Part shown: piece after piece, positions 53,915 to 64,000 of the stretch
Layout of the letters: every line of letters begins with the position of its first letter
Position numbering within the stretch: position 1 is the first letter of the stretch
Source of the DNA: Macrostomum lignano
Taxonomy: Eukaryota
Direction: 5' to 3'
Length of the DNA: 64,000 nucleotides
Assembly (NCBI GenBank): GCA_002269645.1
Contig: NIVC01002817.1
Span: 74,216-138,215, forward strand
Position numbers and translations under genes: made by a program
The notes under the pieces: generated by a model
Database searches by the model: none
The model's input: the letters and a program-made list of their open reading frames with translations, nothing else
Told to the model about the DNA's origin: nothing

Positions 53915-54092
53915 TAGGAGTTAGATGGTCTGTCTGCCGAGTTAGATGGTCTGTCTGCCGAGTTAGATGGTCTGTCTGCCGAGTTAGATGGTCTGTCTGC
54001 CGAGTTAGATGGTCTGTCTGCCGAGTTAGATGATCTGTCTGCCGAGTTAGATGGTCTGTCTGCCGAGTTAGATGGTCTGTCTGCCGAGTTAG
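53915..54092. repeat. 21-bp minisatellite
   Basis: Unit gagttagatggtctgtctgcc, about 8 copies. Confidence 0.94.
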
Positions 54093-54469
54093 GGGTCTAC
54101 ACGTATCTGCTTGTACTTTATTCACAGTTCCCGTCACCTCAAGCTCAAAGCTGCGCTTTTGCTCTCACCTAGAGGCTTTTGAAAATTTTTTCAAAAAACC
54201 TCTCCAACAATGAAAACTGTCTCAAGTAAAGATTTGCAGCGAAGCTGTTTGCTTTGAGATGCTTAAAATCGCAAAGTCTTCAATTAAAGGCTTCAGTTCA
54301 GGGCGTTCAACGGTTCATGCGAAATTTGCAGCTTTAATTGAGGTGTCAGTCACCTCCTCAGTGCACTCGCGACACCCCTGCTGTCCTCTGCTCTCCTCTG
54401 CTCCTGTGTCCCTCCAGCACTCGCTTGCTGCAGCTTTCTCCCGACCTTGCACACTTCCTTTCTCCCTTA

Positions 54470-55410
54470 ATCTGCATCCTCTCCCCCTTATCTACACCCT
54501 CTCCCCCCTATCTGCACCCTCTCCCCCCCTGTCTGCACCCTCTCCCCCTTATCTACACCCTCTCCCCCCTATCTGCACCCTCTCCCCCCCCCTGTCTGCA
54601 CCCTCTCCCCCTATCTGCACCCTCTCCCCCCCTGTCTGCACCCTCTCCCCCTTATCTACACCCTCTCCCCCCTATCTGCACCCTCTCCCCCCTGTCTGCA
54701 CCCTCTCCCCCTTATCTACACCCTCTCCCCCCTATCTGCACCTCTCCCCCTTATCTACACCCTCTCCCCATATCTGCAACCTCTCCCCCTATCTGCACCC
54801 TCTCCCCCCTATCTGCACCCTCTCCCTCCTATCTGCATCCTCTCACCCCTATATGCACCCTCGGCCTCCCCTATCTACACCCTCTCCCCCCTATCTGCAC
54901 CCTCTCCCCCCTGTCTGCACCCTCTCCCCCTTATCTACACCCTCTCCCCCCCCCTATCTGCACCTCTCCCCCTTATCTACACCCTCTCCCCCATATCTGC
55001 AACCTCTCCCCCCTATCTGCACCCTCTCCCCCCCTATCTGCACCCTCTCCCTCCTATCTGCATCCTCTCCCTCCTATCTGCATCCTCTCCCCCTATCTGC
55101 ACCCTCTCCCCCCCTGTCTGCACCCTCTCCCCCTATCTGCACCCTCTCCCCCCTGTCTGCACCCTCTCCCCCCCCTGTCTGCACCCTCTCCCCCCTATCT
55201 GCACCCTCTCCCCCCTGTCTGCACCCTCTCCCCCTTATCTACACCCTCTCCCCCCTATCTGCACCCTCTCCCCCTGTCTGCACCCTCTCCCCTTATCTAC
55301 ACCCTCTCCCCCCTATCTGCACCCTCTCCCCCCTATCTGCATCCTCTCCCCCTATCTGCACCCTCTCCCCCCTATCTGCATCCTCTCCCCCTATCTGCAC
55401 CCTCTCCCAC
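54470..55410. repeat. ~20-bp C-rich minisatellite
   Basis: Unit ctatctgcaccctctccccc. Confidence 0.95.
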
Positions 55411-56785
55411 AAAAGCACAGAATCATCCAGCGCCCCATCAGCAATTAGCACCAAAGCAGTTCCCCAGAGTCCACAGGCGCAGGCAAAACAGGCAAAAACT
55501 GCCAAAGCAGAAGTGACAATTTCTTCAGTCCATACAGAAGCCAATCACTAAATTATTCAAACCCAATTATCAATTTCTCACCCGCTAAGTCCCGCCAACT
55601 CATTTTGAAGGCTTCCCAGCTGTCAGAGGGGACGATGGTGCGCAGTTGACGAGAACAGAAAACTGAAAGAAACAAAAGCAGAATTGCGGAACAATAAGCT
55701 AAATAACAATGCCGCATGCAGTTCTGTGGCTTTTGGGGCTTCCCCAGTAATTACTCTGGGTAGCTCAGGGGATGCTGGCAGCGGATGCCCTCCTCAGAAT
55801 CGTGCAGATCCCGATCTGTGGGGAAAAAGCGGTCTACATTTTTTTTAAAACAAAATTGGCGGAAATCGGGGAGAAATTCGAGTAAAAGATCCCCTGCTGC
55901 AGGAGAGAGGGGGGCGGCACGTGCGGCACCCAGGGCTCTTCGCTGAAGTGGATCTTGGGCATTTCCCCAGGTCCTGGCGATCGCTGCACACTGAAAGAAT
56001 GAGGAACTCAAGAATCCCCGGGCCCCGTGATCCTCTGGCTGCGGTAATAACGCCAAGCAGGGATGCTTTTTGAGGATCAGAATCCTAGCTTAACTCCAAT
56101 TATCCCCTGCTGCAACCTCTCCTCATTTTTTTACGATCCTCGAGGCTCCGGCAGCGCCTGGTTAATTCTCTTCGGTAAAATTCTCCTGATCAATTTTAAT
56201 TCCAAAGCCGGATTCGAACTTCCCACCGCCTTTCTCGTCTGCTTCGTCCGCCCTCTGTTAAAAATAAAAAGAAATGCAGAAACTGCCAGTCTGAAGGTCT
56301 GCCGGGTTATTGTCGGACACGCGATGTCAGCCCCTGGGGCCATTGATGAAGACCGGACGACACTGGAGGGTCAAGAGGGGGTCCCCCATCAACTCAGTCA
56401 AGTGGTTGCTCATCTCGCAGCGGGCATAAGCTCTCACAATTATTTATCAACTCATTTCTCTTGCTGACGGCTCATTTTTTGCGCTTCCCGACCGTTGATG
56501 ACGTAATCACTGAATGCTCTGGAGCGGCACCGTCTGCCTCGCGTCTCGATCTCTCTAACAATAAGTTCTTAATTTAATCCGATATCCCCGTGAGCTCTGG
56601 GCCGCTAAATAGATAAATTGTACCCAAGCCTTTGTGAATAACAATCTGGACTGTTTGGGCCTTGATAAAAATTTACTGGACAAAGATTTCTCGCACAAAG
56701 ACTGGACCAGGGTATGAATCACAGCAAATGTAGCGTTTGGTGACGGATCGTTTGATCTGGGCAGCAATGGGAATTGTAGTGACAC

Positions 56786-56786
56786 C

Positions 56787-56871
<85 letters not shown>

Positions 56872-56874
56872 TAG

Positions 56875-56918
<44 letters not shown>
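56786..56918. repeat. (TCTG)n microsatellite
   Basis: Direct reading; one ttagtgtctgtc interruption. Confidence 0.96.
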
Positions 56919-57930
56919 CGCACAATCAGCAGTCCCCATTCCCATGCTGAGCCCAGGCGAATATTCATATTCTCAGCCTCAGAAATATCTGGTGCATACG
57001 AGAGAAGCCGGTCACGCAATGCGAGAAAAAACTGCAGACCCCAATAAACTGCAGAGTCTGTCACTGCAGGCCAAGCCCCGGGGTCGCTTCAGAGTTTTCC
57101 ATAATTTCTTCATTCTTTCTTCATCTCCCAGCCTCCATCTCTCCCCTCTCCTTCTCTTATTTTTTCTCATCTTTTGTTGCGTCTCAGGAAGAGCCACCGC
57201 ACAGCCCCTGGGGGCCGCCTTCGGAGACAGACGGGCGGGGGGCGTGGCGGCACTGAGGTCGGGGGCTCCAACCCGAGGGGATCCGGGGCGATTCCGCAGC
57301 CCGCAGCCGTCCCGCTGTCACAATCAATTTGATTGGGGCGCCAAAGTTGACAGCAAATCGTCTGGGGCTTCTCCTGCGCTCTCCCGAGCTTCGGTTTGTT
57401 CCCCTTAGTTGCTAAGCGGAGAGCTGGGAAACTTCCCTTGGACAGAGACCGGGGGAATCGTGAATGCGGGGCTGGATTTACAGTTTTATTCAGACGAGGC
57501 GCACTGAAATCCAATCTAGAATGCGAATAAAAGGCTTCCATTGTCTCGAGCCCCGGTCCAATGCGGCCCGACAGTCTCGCCCAGAGATTAAAATGTTCCC
57601 CACTCCCCACTTCCCCGAATGAACGGCCGGGGACCCCGCAGCCACGGGGGTCTGCGTGTGCATTGATTTTTATCAAGAATTAAGAGGAGGCGCGACCTCT
57701 GTGTAGCCAGAAGGACGGGAATTCCCGGCTGCTTCCAACTGATGGAGCGCCACTCCAGCATCCCCCCAGAGCCCCCCGCCTCTCCCTGTCCGTCTTTGAG
57801 GTCGCTTCTGATCGACTGACCGCTCTGGTGCAGATTTTATCGCTGCGTGTTTTTTGTCCACACCTGAGCCAACCTCGAATCGCAACTTGTATTGCAGAGG
57901 CGACTTAAAACGTTCAGACTGGTTGTTGCC

Positions 57931-58611
57931 ATGGCGACAGGGCTTAGGCCCCTGCTCGCTCTTCTGCCGCTGCTGCTGCTGGTCGCCCGACCGGCCGACT
58001 CAGCGGAGGTCTCCTACCGCATCAACGAGGAGAGCAACCTGCGGGCCACCGTGGGCAACATCTGGAAGAGCCTGGCCGGCTCGGGCCCGGTGCCCGCCTT
58101 CAGCATCGTGCCGAAGTCCGCCTACTTCGACATCGACGCTGACGGCAATGTCCGCATTGGCGCCAGGATCGACCGCGAGGACCCCGTGGCCTGTCCGGGC
58201 GCCTCAGAGTCCACGCCATGCGTCATCGAGTTCAACGCCTTCCGGGGCGCCTCCTCGCGGATTCTCGTCCGCGTCACCATCGATGACATCAACGACAACT
58301 CGCCGGTGTTCAAGGAGCCGCATAAGATTCTGTCTATCGAGGAGGGCGACAGAAATTTCCGGCACCCGCTGGACTTGGCCACCGATGCGGACATCGGCGA
58401 CAACGGCATGGCCGTCCGGGGCAAGTACTTCCTGCAGGAGGACGCGGGTGGCATCTTTGCCTTGGCGCAGACGGACCCGGGGTTCCTCAGCTTGACGCTG
58501 AACGGCCAGCCAAACATCGACTATGAGGCGGAGCGGCAGTACAACCTGACACTCACCGCGTGCGATGGCGGCATGGAGCAGAGGTGCAGCAGCCAGCTGC
58601 TCATTGTGCAG
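57931..58611 (+). CDS. Protocadherin coding exon 1 (signal peptide, EC1, most of EC2)
   Basis: 227 codons. Donor CAG|GTGAGC at 58611/58612. The join gives LLIVQ|VKDRNDNSP. Confidence 0.93.
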
Positions 58612-61600
58612 GTGAGCTTTATGTCGCATTTTTTTGACGAAGCCAATCAGAAGCGAGGAAGGTCTAAGGGATGTATGTGTTGGAGCTTGAGCCAATCACA
58701 AGCGATGTACCTGCCATCCCCGTCAAGGTGAAGGACAGGAACGACAACTCGCCAAACGTGACCCGAATCTCGGTGCGCGAGGTGTCGGAGAACCTGGCCA
58801 TCGGCGGCCTCGTGGCCACCATCGAGGCTCACGACAGGGACAGCGGACGAAACGCCGAGCTGGACTTCAGCATCACCGATCCGGAGCTCGCCCTCGTCTT
58901 CGACATCGACCGGGCCGGCAGGGTGACGCTGAAGAAGCCGCTGAACGCTAAGAAGCAGGCTGTCTACGAGGTGCAGCTGATGGTGTCGGACAACGGCAGT
59001 CCGCGGCGCCAGACGCCCGCCAAATTCACCGTGCAGGTTTCTGACATCAACGACCATGCGCCGAGCATCGAGGTGTCGCCAATGTCCGCAACAGACGGCG
59101 GCCAGCAGCCGCAGCAGTCTAATGATATTCTGGTGGCCGAGAACAAGCCCTCGGCCATCCTGGCCCTCATCGAGGCCAAAGACGACGACCTCGGCGATAA
59201 CGCGCGCGTTGAGTGCCAGCTGGCCAGCAACGACCGGAAGGGCTTCCAACTGGAGGGCATCGGCAAAGGCCAGTACATGCTGCACCTGCGCACCGCCTTC
59301 GACTACGAGAACTCGCCAGCCGAGTCCGTCCGCATCAACTGCCAGGACTTCGGCCGGCCACCGAAGAACTCCACGAAGAGCGTGCTGGTGCGCTTCCGCA
59401 ACGTCAACGAGTTTCAGCCGCGATTCGATGACGTCATGCCGACGCGCACCTCCGTGGAGGAGACGCCGGGCGACTCCAGCCTGCCGGACAACCTCGGCCG
59501 GACGGTTCTCGCACTGGTCGCCGAGGACCGCGACCGCAACGACGTCATGACCTTCAGCCTGGACGACAGTCCGGACGCGGCCTTCTTCGAGGTGGCCAAC
59601 GCGGCCTCGAGCTACTCGGAGAGCCGCGGCCTGACGGAGGCGCGTGCCGAGCTGCGCATCCGCAGCCCCATCGACAGGGACACCATGCCGGAGGCCGGCG
59701 GCGGCCTGCTGAAGTTCGGCGTCCGGCTGGTGGACACCGCCGATGCCAGCGGGGTTCAGCACTCGGCTAGCGTTAGCCTCACCATCAGCATCATGGACGT
59801 CAACGACAACCGGCCGGAGATCCTGCCGCCGCTGGTCTTCCGACTGCGGGAGGACTCGAGGCCCGGCAGCATCGCGCTGGGCTGGCCGGGGGAAGCACAG
59901 CAGCTGGCGAGTCTGGACAAGGACCAGGTAGGTGCTTTTCTCTGGTTTTCCGAACAGTGCTTTACTGAAAACCCTCAGCCACAGATATTAATCTTCTAGT
60001 CTATGGGTGGGCCAAGCCTAAGTTCTGCAGAGTCTTTCCTGCTGAGCATGGCCAGCCGCGCTGACCACATGATTACCTTAACCATGCACAGTGCAATTTT
60101 TACCGCCGTCTTTGTACACCTGGAAAGGCTTTGCATAGCAGAGCGCTGAAATGGCAGCGTTAGTCTATGGCCAGTCCTGGCAGCGATAGTCTATGGCCAG
60201 TCCTAGCAGTGATAGTCTATGGCCAGTCCTAGCAGCTATAGTCTCTGACCAGTCCTGGCAGCGATAGTCTATGGCCAGTCCTGGCAGCTATAGTCTATGG
60301 CCAGTCATGGCAGCGATAGTCTATGGCCAGTCCTAGTAGCTATAGTCTATGGCCAGTCCTGGCAGGTATAGTCTATGGCCAGTCATGGCAGCGATAGTCT
60401 ATGGCCAGTCCTAGTAGCTATAGTCTATGGCCAGTCCTAGTAGCTATAGTCTATGGCCAGTCCTGGCAGCTATAGTCTATGGCCAGTCCTAGTAGGTATA
60501 GTCTATGGCCAGTCCTAGTAGGTATAGTCTCTGGCCAGTCATGGCAGCGATAGTCTATGGCCAGTCCTAGTAGCTATAGTCTATGGCCAGTCCTGGCAGC
60601 TATAGTCTATGGCCAGTCATGGCAGCGATAGTCTATGGCCAGTCCTAGTAGCTATAGTCTATGGCCAGTCATGGCAGCTATAGTCTATGGCCAGTCCTAG
60701 TAGGTATAGTCTATGGCCAGTCCTAGTAGGTATAGTCTCTGGCCAGTCATGGCAGCGATAGTCTATGGCCAGTCCTAGTAGCTATAGTCTATGGCCAGTC
60801 CTGGCAGCTATAGTCTATGGCCAGTCATGGCAGCGATAGTCTATGGCCAGTCCTAGTAGCTATAGTCTATGGCCAGTCCTGGCAGGTATAGTCTATGGCC
60901 AGTCATGGCAGCGATAGTCTATGGCCAGTCCTAGTAGCTATAGTCTATGGCCAGTCCTAGTAGGTATAGTCTATGGCCAGTCCTAGTAGGTATAGTCTCT
61001 GGCCAGTCATGGCAGCGATAGTCTATGGCCAGTCCTGGCAGGTATAGTCTATGGCCAGTCCTGGCAGCTATAGTCTATGGCCAGTCCTAGTAGCTATAGT
61101 CTATGGCCAGTCCTGGCAGCTATAGTCTATGGCCAGTCCTGGCAGCTATAGTCTATGGCCAGTCCTAGCAGCTATAGTCTATGGTCAGTCCTGGCAGCGA
61201 TAGTCTATGGTCACTCCTGGCAGGTATAGTCTCTGGCCAGTCCTAGCAGCGATAGTCTATGGTCAGTCTTGCTGAACTACTGTTGGTGTCTTCACTGCAC
61301 GGATCTACTGGTAATTTAGTAGACAGCAAAGACAGTTAGTACATGTAATGCTAAATTTAGTAATTAGGCAGTTATTAATCATGTTCACGACATGTAAATG
61401 TCATGATATTATGCATAACTATATGATTAACTATTAACCAATTAATTATCTTACTGTTGCTACGCTGTACTTTGTGCATGTGTTTTGTAAATAAACTTGG
61501 AAATCCTTCATCAGTGGAGAACTCAGACATGCAAGGGCGTTGGCAGAGTAAGTACTGCATTAGTCTGGGCAGAGCATGTCATACAGATAGCTCTTAATTC

Positions 61601-64000
61601 CCTTTGCACTGAATCAGCCAAGCGTACTAACTATCCAACCGATCCTGGGATCAGGCATCCCAGCTCCTCGTCATTGCGTGCAGCCATCTGCTTCTTTCAT
61701 ATTTAATCTCCCAAGTCAGTTTCACCGGAGTCCCTCATCTCTGACAAAGAAAGCTGATACTTGAGTGAGTCGGCCTTCTTCATCTCAATGTGGATGCTGT
61801 GCGTGGCGTGCCAAGAACAAAGAGCTGATTTGATTTTTTATTAAGTAAAACAAATTAATGCGGTCCTCAGGCATGCAATGCGGCCGTCCATTTCATAATC
61901 CAAAAGGCATTGAAAAGCAGCTCACTGTGCTGTGCAGTCTCTCTGCCAGGCAAGCCTGCCTCAAGAAGAAACACAGTCTGCAGACTCCCATCAGGTCCCA
62001 GGCTCGATTTAATTCGGTTTCTAACATAGACTGTGAAGGGAACGTAGCCCAGAGGTCCAGCGCGGCGTTCTGACGTGCCAGCGGCCCAGGCTCGACACCA
62101 AGTGCAATAAAATTTAATTTTTGACTAAATTGGAATCTCGGCTTGGCTCTGGTCGTGCAGTTGACGCCCTTGAGGGCCAACCCCCAAGGCACAGTGAAGT
62201 GTACATCCCTAAAGATGAATCAATTTCGGGCCGCTGTACACTCCTGTGCGAGTGTGCCTGTGCGTATGACTGCGTACGTATCCGCGCGCTTGTGTGCCTG
62301 CTCAGGGAGTCGGCGGAATGGGCAGCAATGCCTCTCACCGGTTGTGGGACAATGTCGCTTAAAGTGCGCTAGGGTGAGTGTGCACACTGAGGGTCAGCCT
62401 CGAGCCTCAGGTACAGAGTGAGTGTGCGCACTGAGGGTCAGTCTGGAGCCTCAGGTACAGAGTGAATGTGCACACTGAGGGTCAGTCTGGAGCCTCAGGT
62501 ACAGAGTGAGTGTGCACACTGAGGGTCAGCCTCGAGCCTCAGGTACAGAGTGAGTGTGCGCACTGAGGGTCAGTCTGGAGCCTCAGGTACAGAGTGAGTG
62601 TGCACACTGAGGGTCAGTCTGGAGCCTCAGGTACAGAGTGAGTGTGCACACTGAGGGTCAGTCTGGAGCCTCAGGTACAGAGTGAATGTGCACACTGAGG
62701 GTCAGTCTGGAGCCTCAGGTACAGAGTGAATGTGTGCACTGAGGGTCAGTCTGGAGCCTCAGGTACAGAGTGAATGTGCACACTGAGGGTCAGTCTGGAG
62801 CCTCAGGTACAGAGTGAATGTGTGCACTGAGGGTCAGTCTGGAGCCTCAGGTACAGAGTGAATGTGCGCACTGAGGGTCAGCTCAGCAGGGCCAGGATAA
62901 TGAGCAGGTTTCAATCACCTCAAGCACCCCAACCAATCTCCAGGGCGTCAACGGCCAGGTGTTCTACCGCCTGCTGCGGCTGGAGGCCAGGCCGACCCAA
63001 GGCGGTCCCGACTCGCCTCCTCTGGTGGTTTTCGACAAGCCCGAGCAGTGGCACTTCAACGTGTCCGAGAAGGGCGCCATCTTGAGCACTGGCAAGCTCG
63101 ACCGTGAGACCTTCGAGCTGTACACCCTCACCGTGCTGGCCTACAACAAGCTGGCCCGGCCGCAGCTCAACTCCACCGCCAGAATCTCCGTCGAACTCAT
63201 CGACGTCAACGACAACCCGCCCGAGTGGTTCTTCCCGGCCGAGCGGGGACAGTTTGTCAACATCTCCTCTGCTCACAGCCTGAACGAGCCCGTGACCTCC
63301 GTGGAAGCTCGGACCGAGACGACTGAGCAACATCACCTACACCTTGGTGGGTGGCTCGCAGTACTTCTCGGTGGACCGCATCACCGGGCAGGTGCGAGCG
63401 CTCCGAGCCCTGGTGCCCGGCCTGCATGAGCTGTCAATCAGAGCCGACGACAACGTGCAGTACAACCATGCCGTCCACACCACGCTGATCGTCAACGTGA
63501 TCCAGCCTAGCAGAGCCGCTGGCACCTGAAGGACGCTCAGCTGAATCTCACAATTATCGTTTCCATGGTGATCGCCACGGCTGTTATCAGCGTCGTCTGG
63601 TCTTCGCCATCGTCTGCGTCCGTCGACGCGGCAGCTCGGGCGACTCCGGCATCAGCGGCCACGACGACGGAGGTCTCGGCGACATGGGTGACGAGCGCGG
63701 CGGCTTCCTGGCCGAGGAGTTCGACAAGGAGGCGTGCCAGTGCCAGTGCTCCCTGCCGGACATGGACATCGGCCCGGTGTCAACGGATCATCACATGTAC
63801 AGCCACCTGTGCGGCGGGCGCGACAGCATTCAGCGACTCCGGCACCGCGGGCTTTGGTCAGCGGCTGCAACAGCAGCAGCAGCAGCAGCAACAGCTGCAG
63901 CATCAGCACTTTGCAATGACCACCTTCAATCCAACGACAGCACTTATGACCTGCGGCCGCCGCGCCACCTCCGATGCCGTCCATGCCACCAATGATGGAC
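57931..64000 (+). CDS. Protocadherin (7 cadherin repeats, delta-like), join(57931..58611,58728..59927,62944..>64000); exon 3 frameshifted in this sequence
   Basis: Signal peptide MATGLRPLLALLPLLLLVARPADSA. EC1 carries DREDPVAC..C. Linkers are DINDNSP, DRNDNSP, DINDHAP, NVNEFQP, DVNDNRP and DVNDNPP. A TM segment LNLTIIVSMVIATAVISVV-VFAIVCVRRR is recoverable across frameshifts. Confidence 0.93.
58728..59927 (+). CDS. Protocadherin coding exon 2 (EC3-EC5, start of EC6)
   Basis: 400 codons. Acceptor gtcaAG, donor CAG|GTAGGT. The join gives DKDQ|GVNGQVFY, the DxDxGxNG motif. Confidence 0.94.
60160..61270. repeat. 26-bp minisatellite in protocadherin intron 2
   Basis: Unit tagtctatggccagtcctggcagcta. 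Confidence 0.97.
62038..62102 (+). other. Degenerate tRNA-like element (Pol III A/B boxes; possible tRNA-derived SINE head or tRNA pseudogene)
   Basis: A-box-like TAGCCCAGAGG at 62045 and B-box-like GGCTCGACACC at 62089 are at tRNA spacing. Anticodon and acceptor stems do not pair. Confidence 0.35.
62365..62882. repeat. 44-bp minisatellite at the 3' end of protocadherin intron 2
   Basis: Unit gagggtcagtctggagcctcaggtacagagtgagtgtgcacact, about 11 copies. Confidence 0.97.
62944..64000 (+). CDS. Protocadherin coding exon 3 (EC6-EC7, TM, cytoplasmic tail), interrupted by frameshifts near 63313-63325, 63522 and 63598
   Basis: Acceptor atctccAG at 62942-62943. LDRE and DVNDNPP are in frame to 63312; later domains sit in shifted frames. 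Confidence 0.85.

Noticed and set aside
58122-59762. Antisense ORFs (131, 163 and 371 aa) over the protocadherin, and 3083-3454 over CK2-alpha
   Set aside because: These are shadow ORFs expected from GC-rich codon usage on the coding strand.

Overview
Eukaryotic (metazoan) genomic DNA, not prokaryotic. Two spliced protein-coding genes lie on the + strand. The first is a complete six-coding-exon casein kinase II alpha gene (CDS 768-5634, 378 aa, all junctions GT-AG and in frame). The second is a 7-cadherin-repeat protocadherin (ATG 57931, running off the window end); its third exon has at least three frameshifts that look like short-run base deletions. Between them are about 52 kb with no recognisable coding sequence. 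About 40 tandem arrays (4-51 bp units, nearly all different) cover roughly 45% of the window by my hand tally. They include one private minisatellite in each of the five CK2-alpha introns between coding exons. GC-rich codons with minisatellite-stuffed introns suggest a Macrostomum-like flatworm, but that is inference. Most long ORFs in the track are repeat artefacts. I found no clear novel system. The best leads are intronic arrays built from splice-signal-like units, related satellites seeded across the locus, motif-bearing arrays upstream of the protocadherin, and the frameshifted protocadherin 3' end. Repeat boundaries are approximate (about +/-20 bp).
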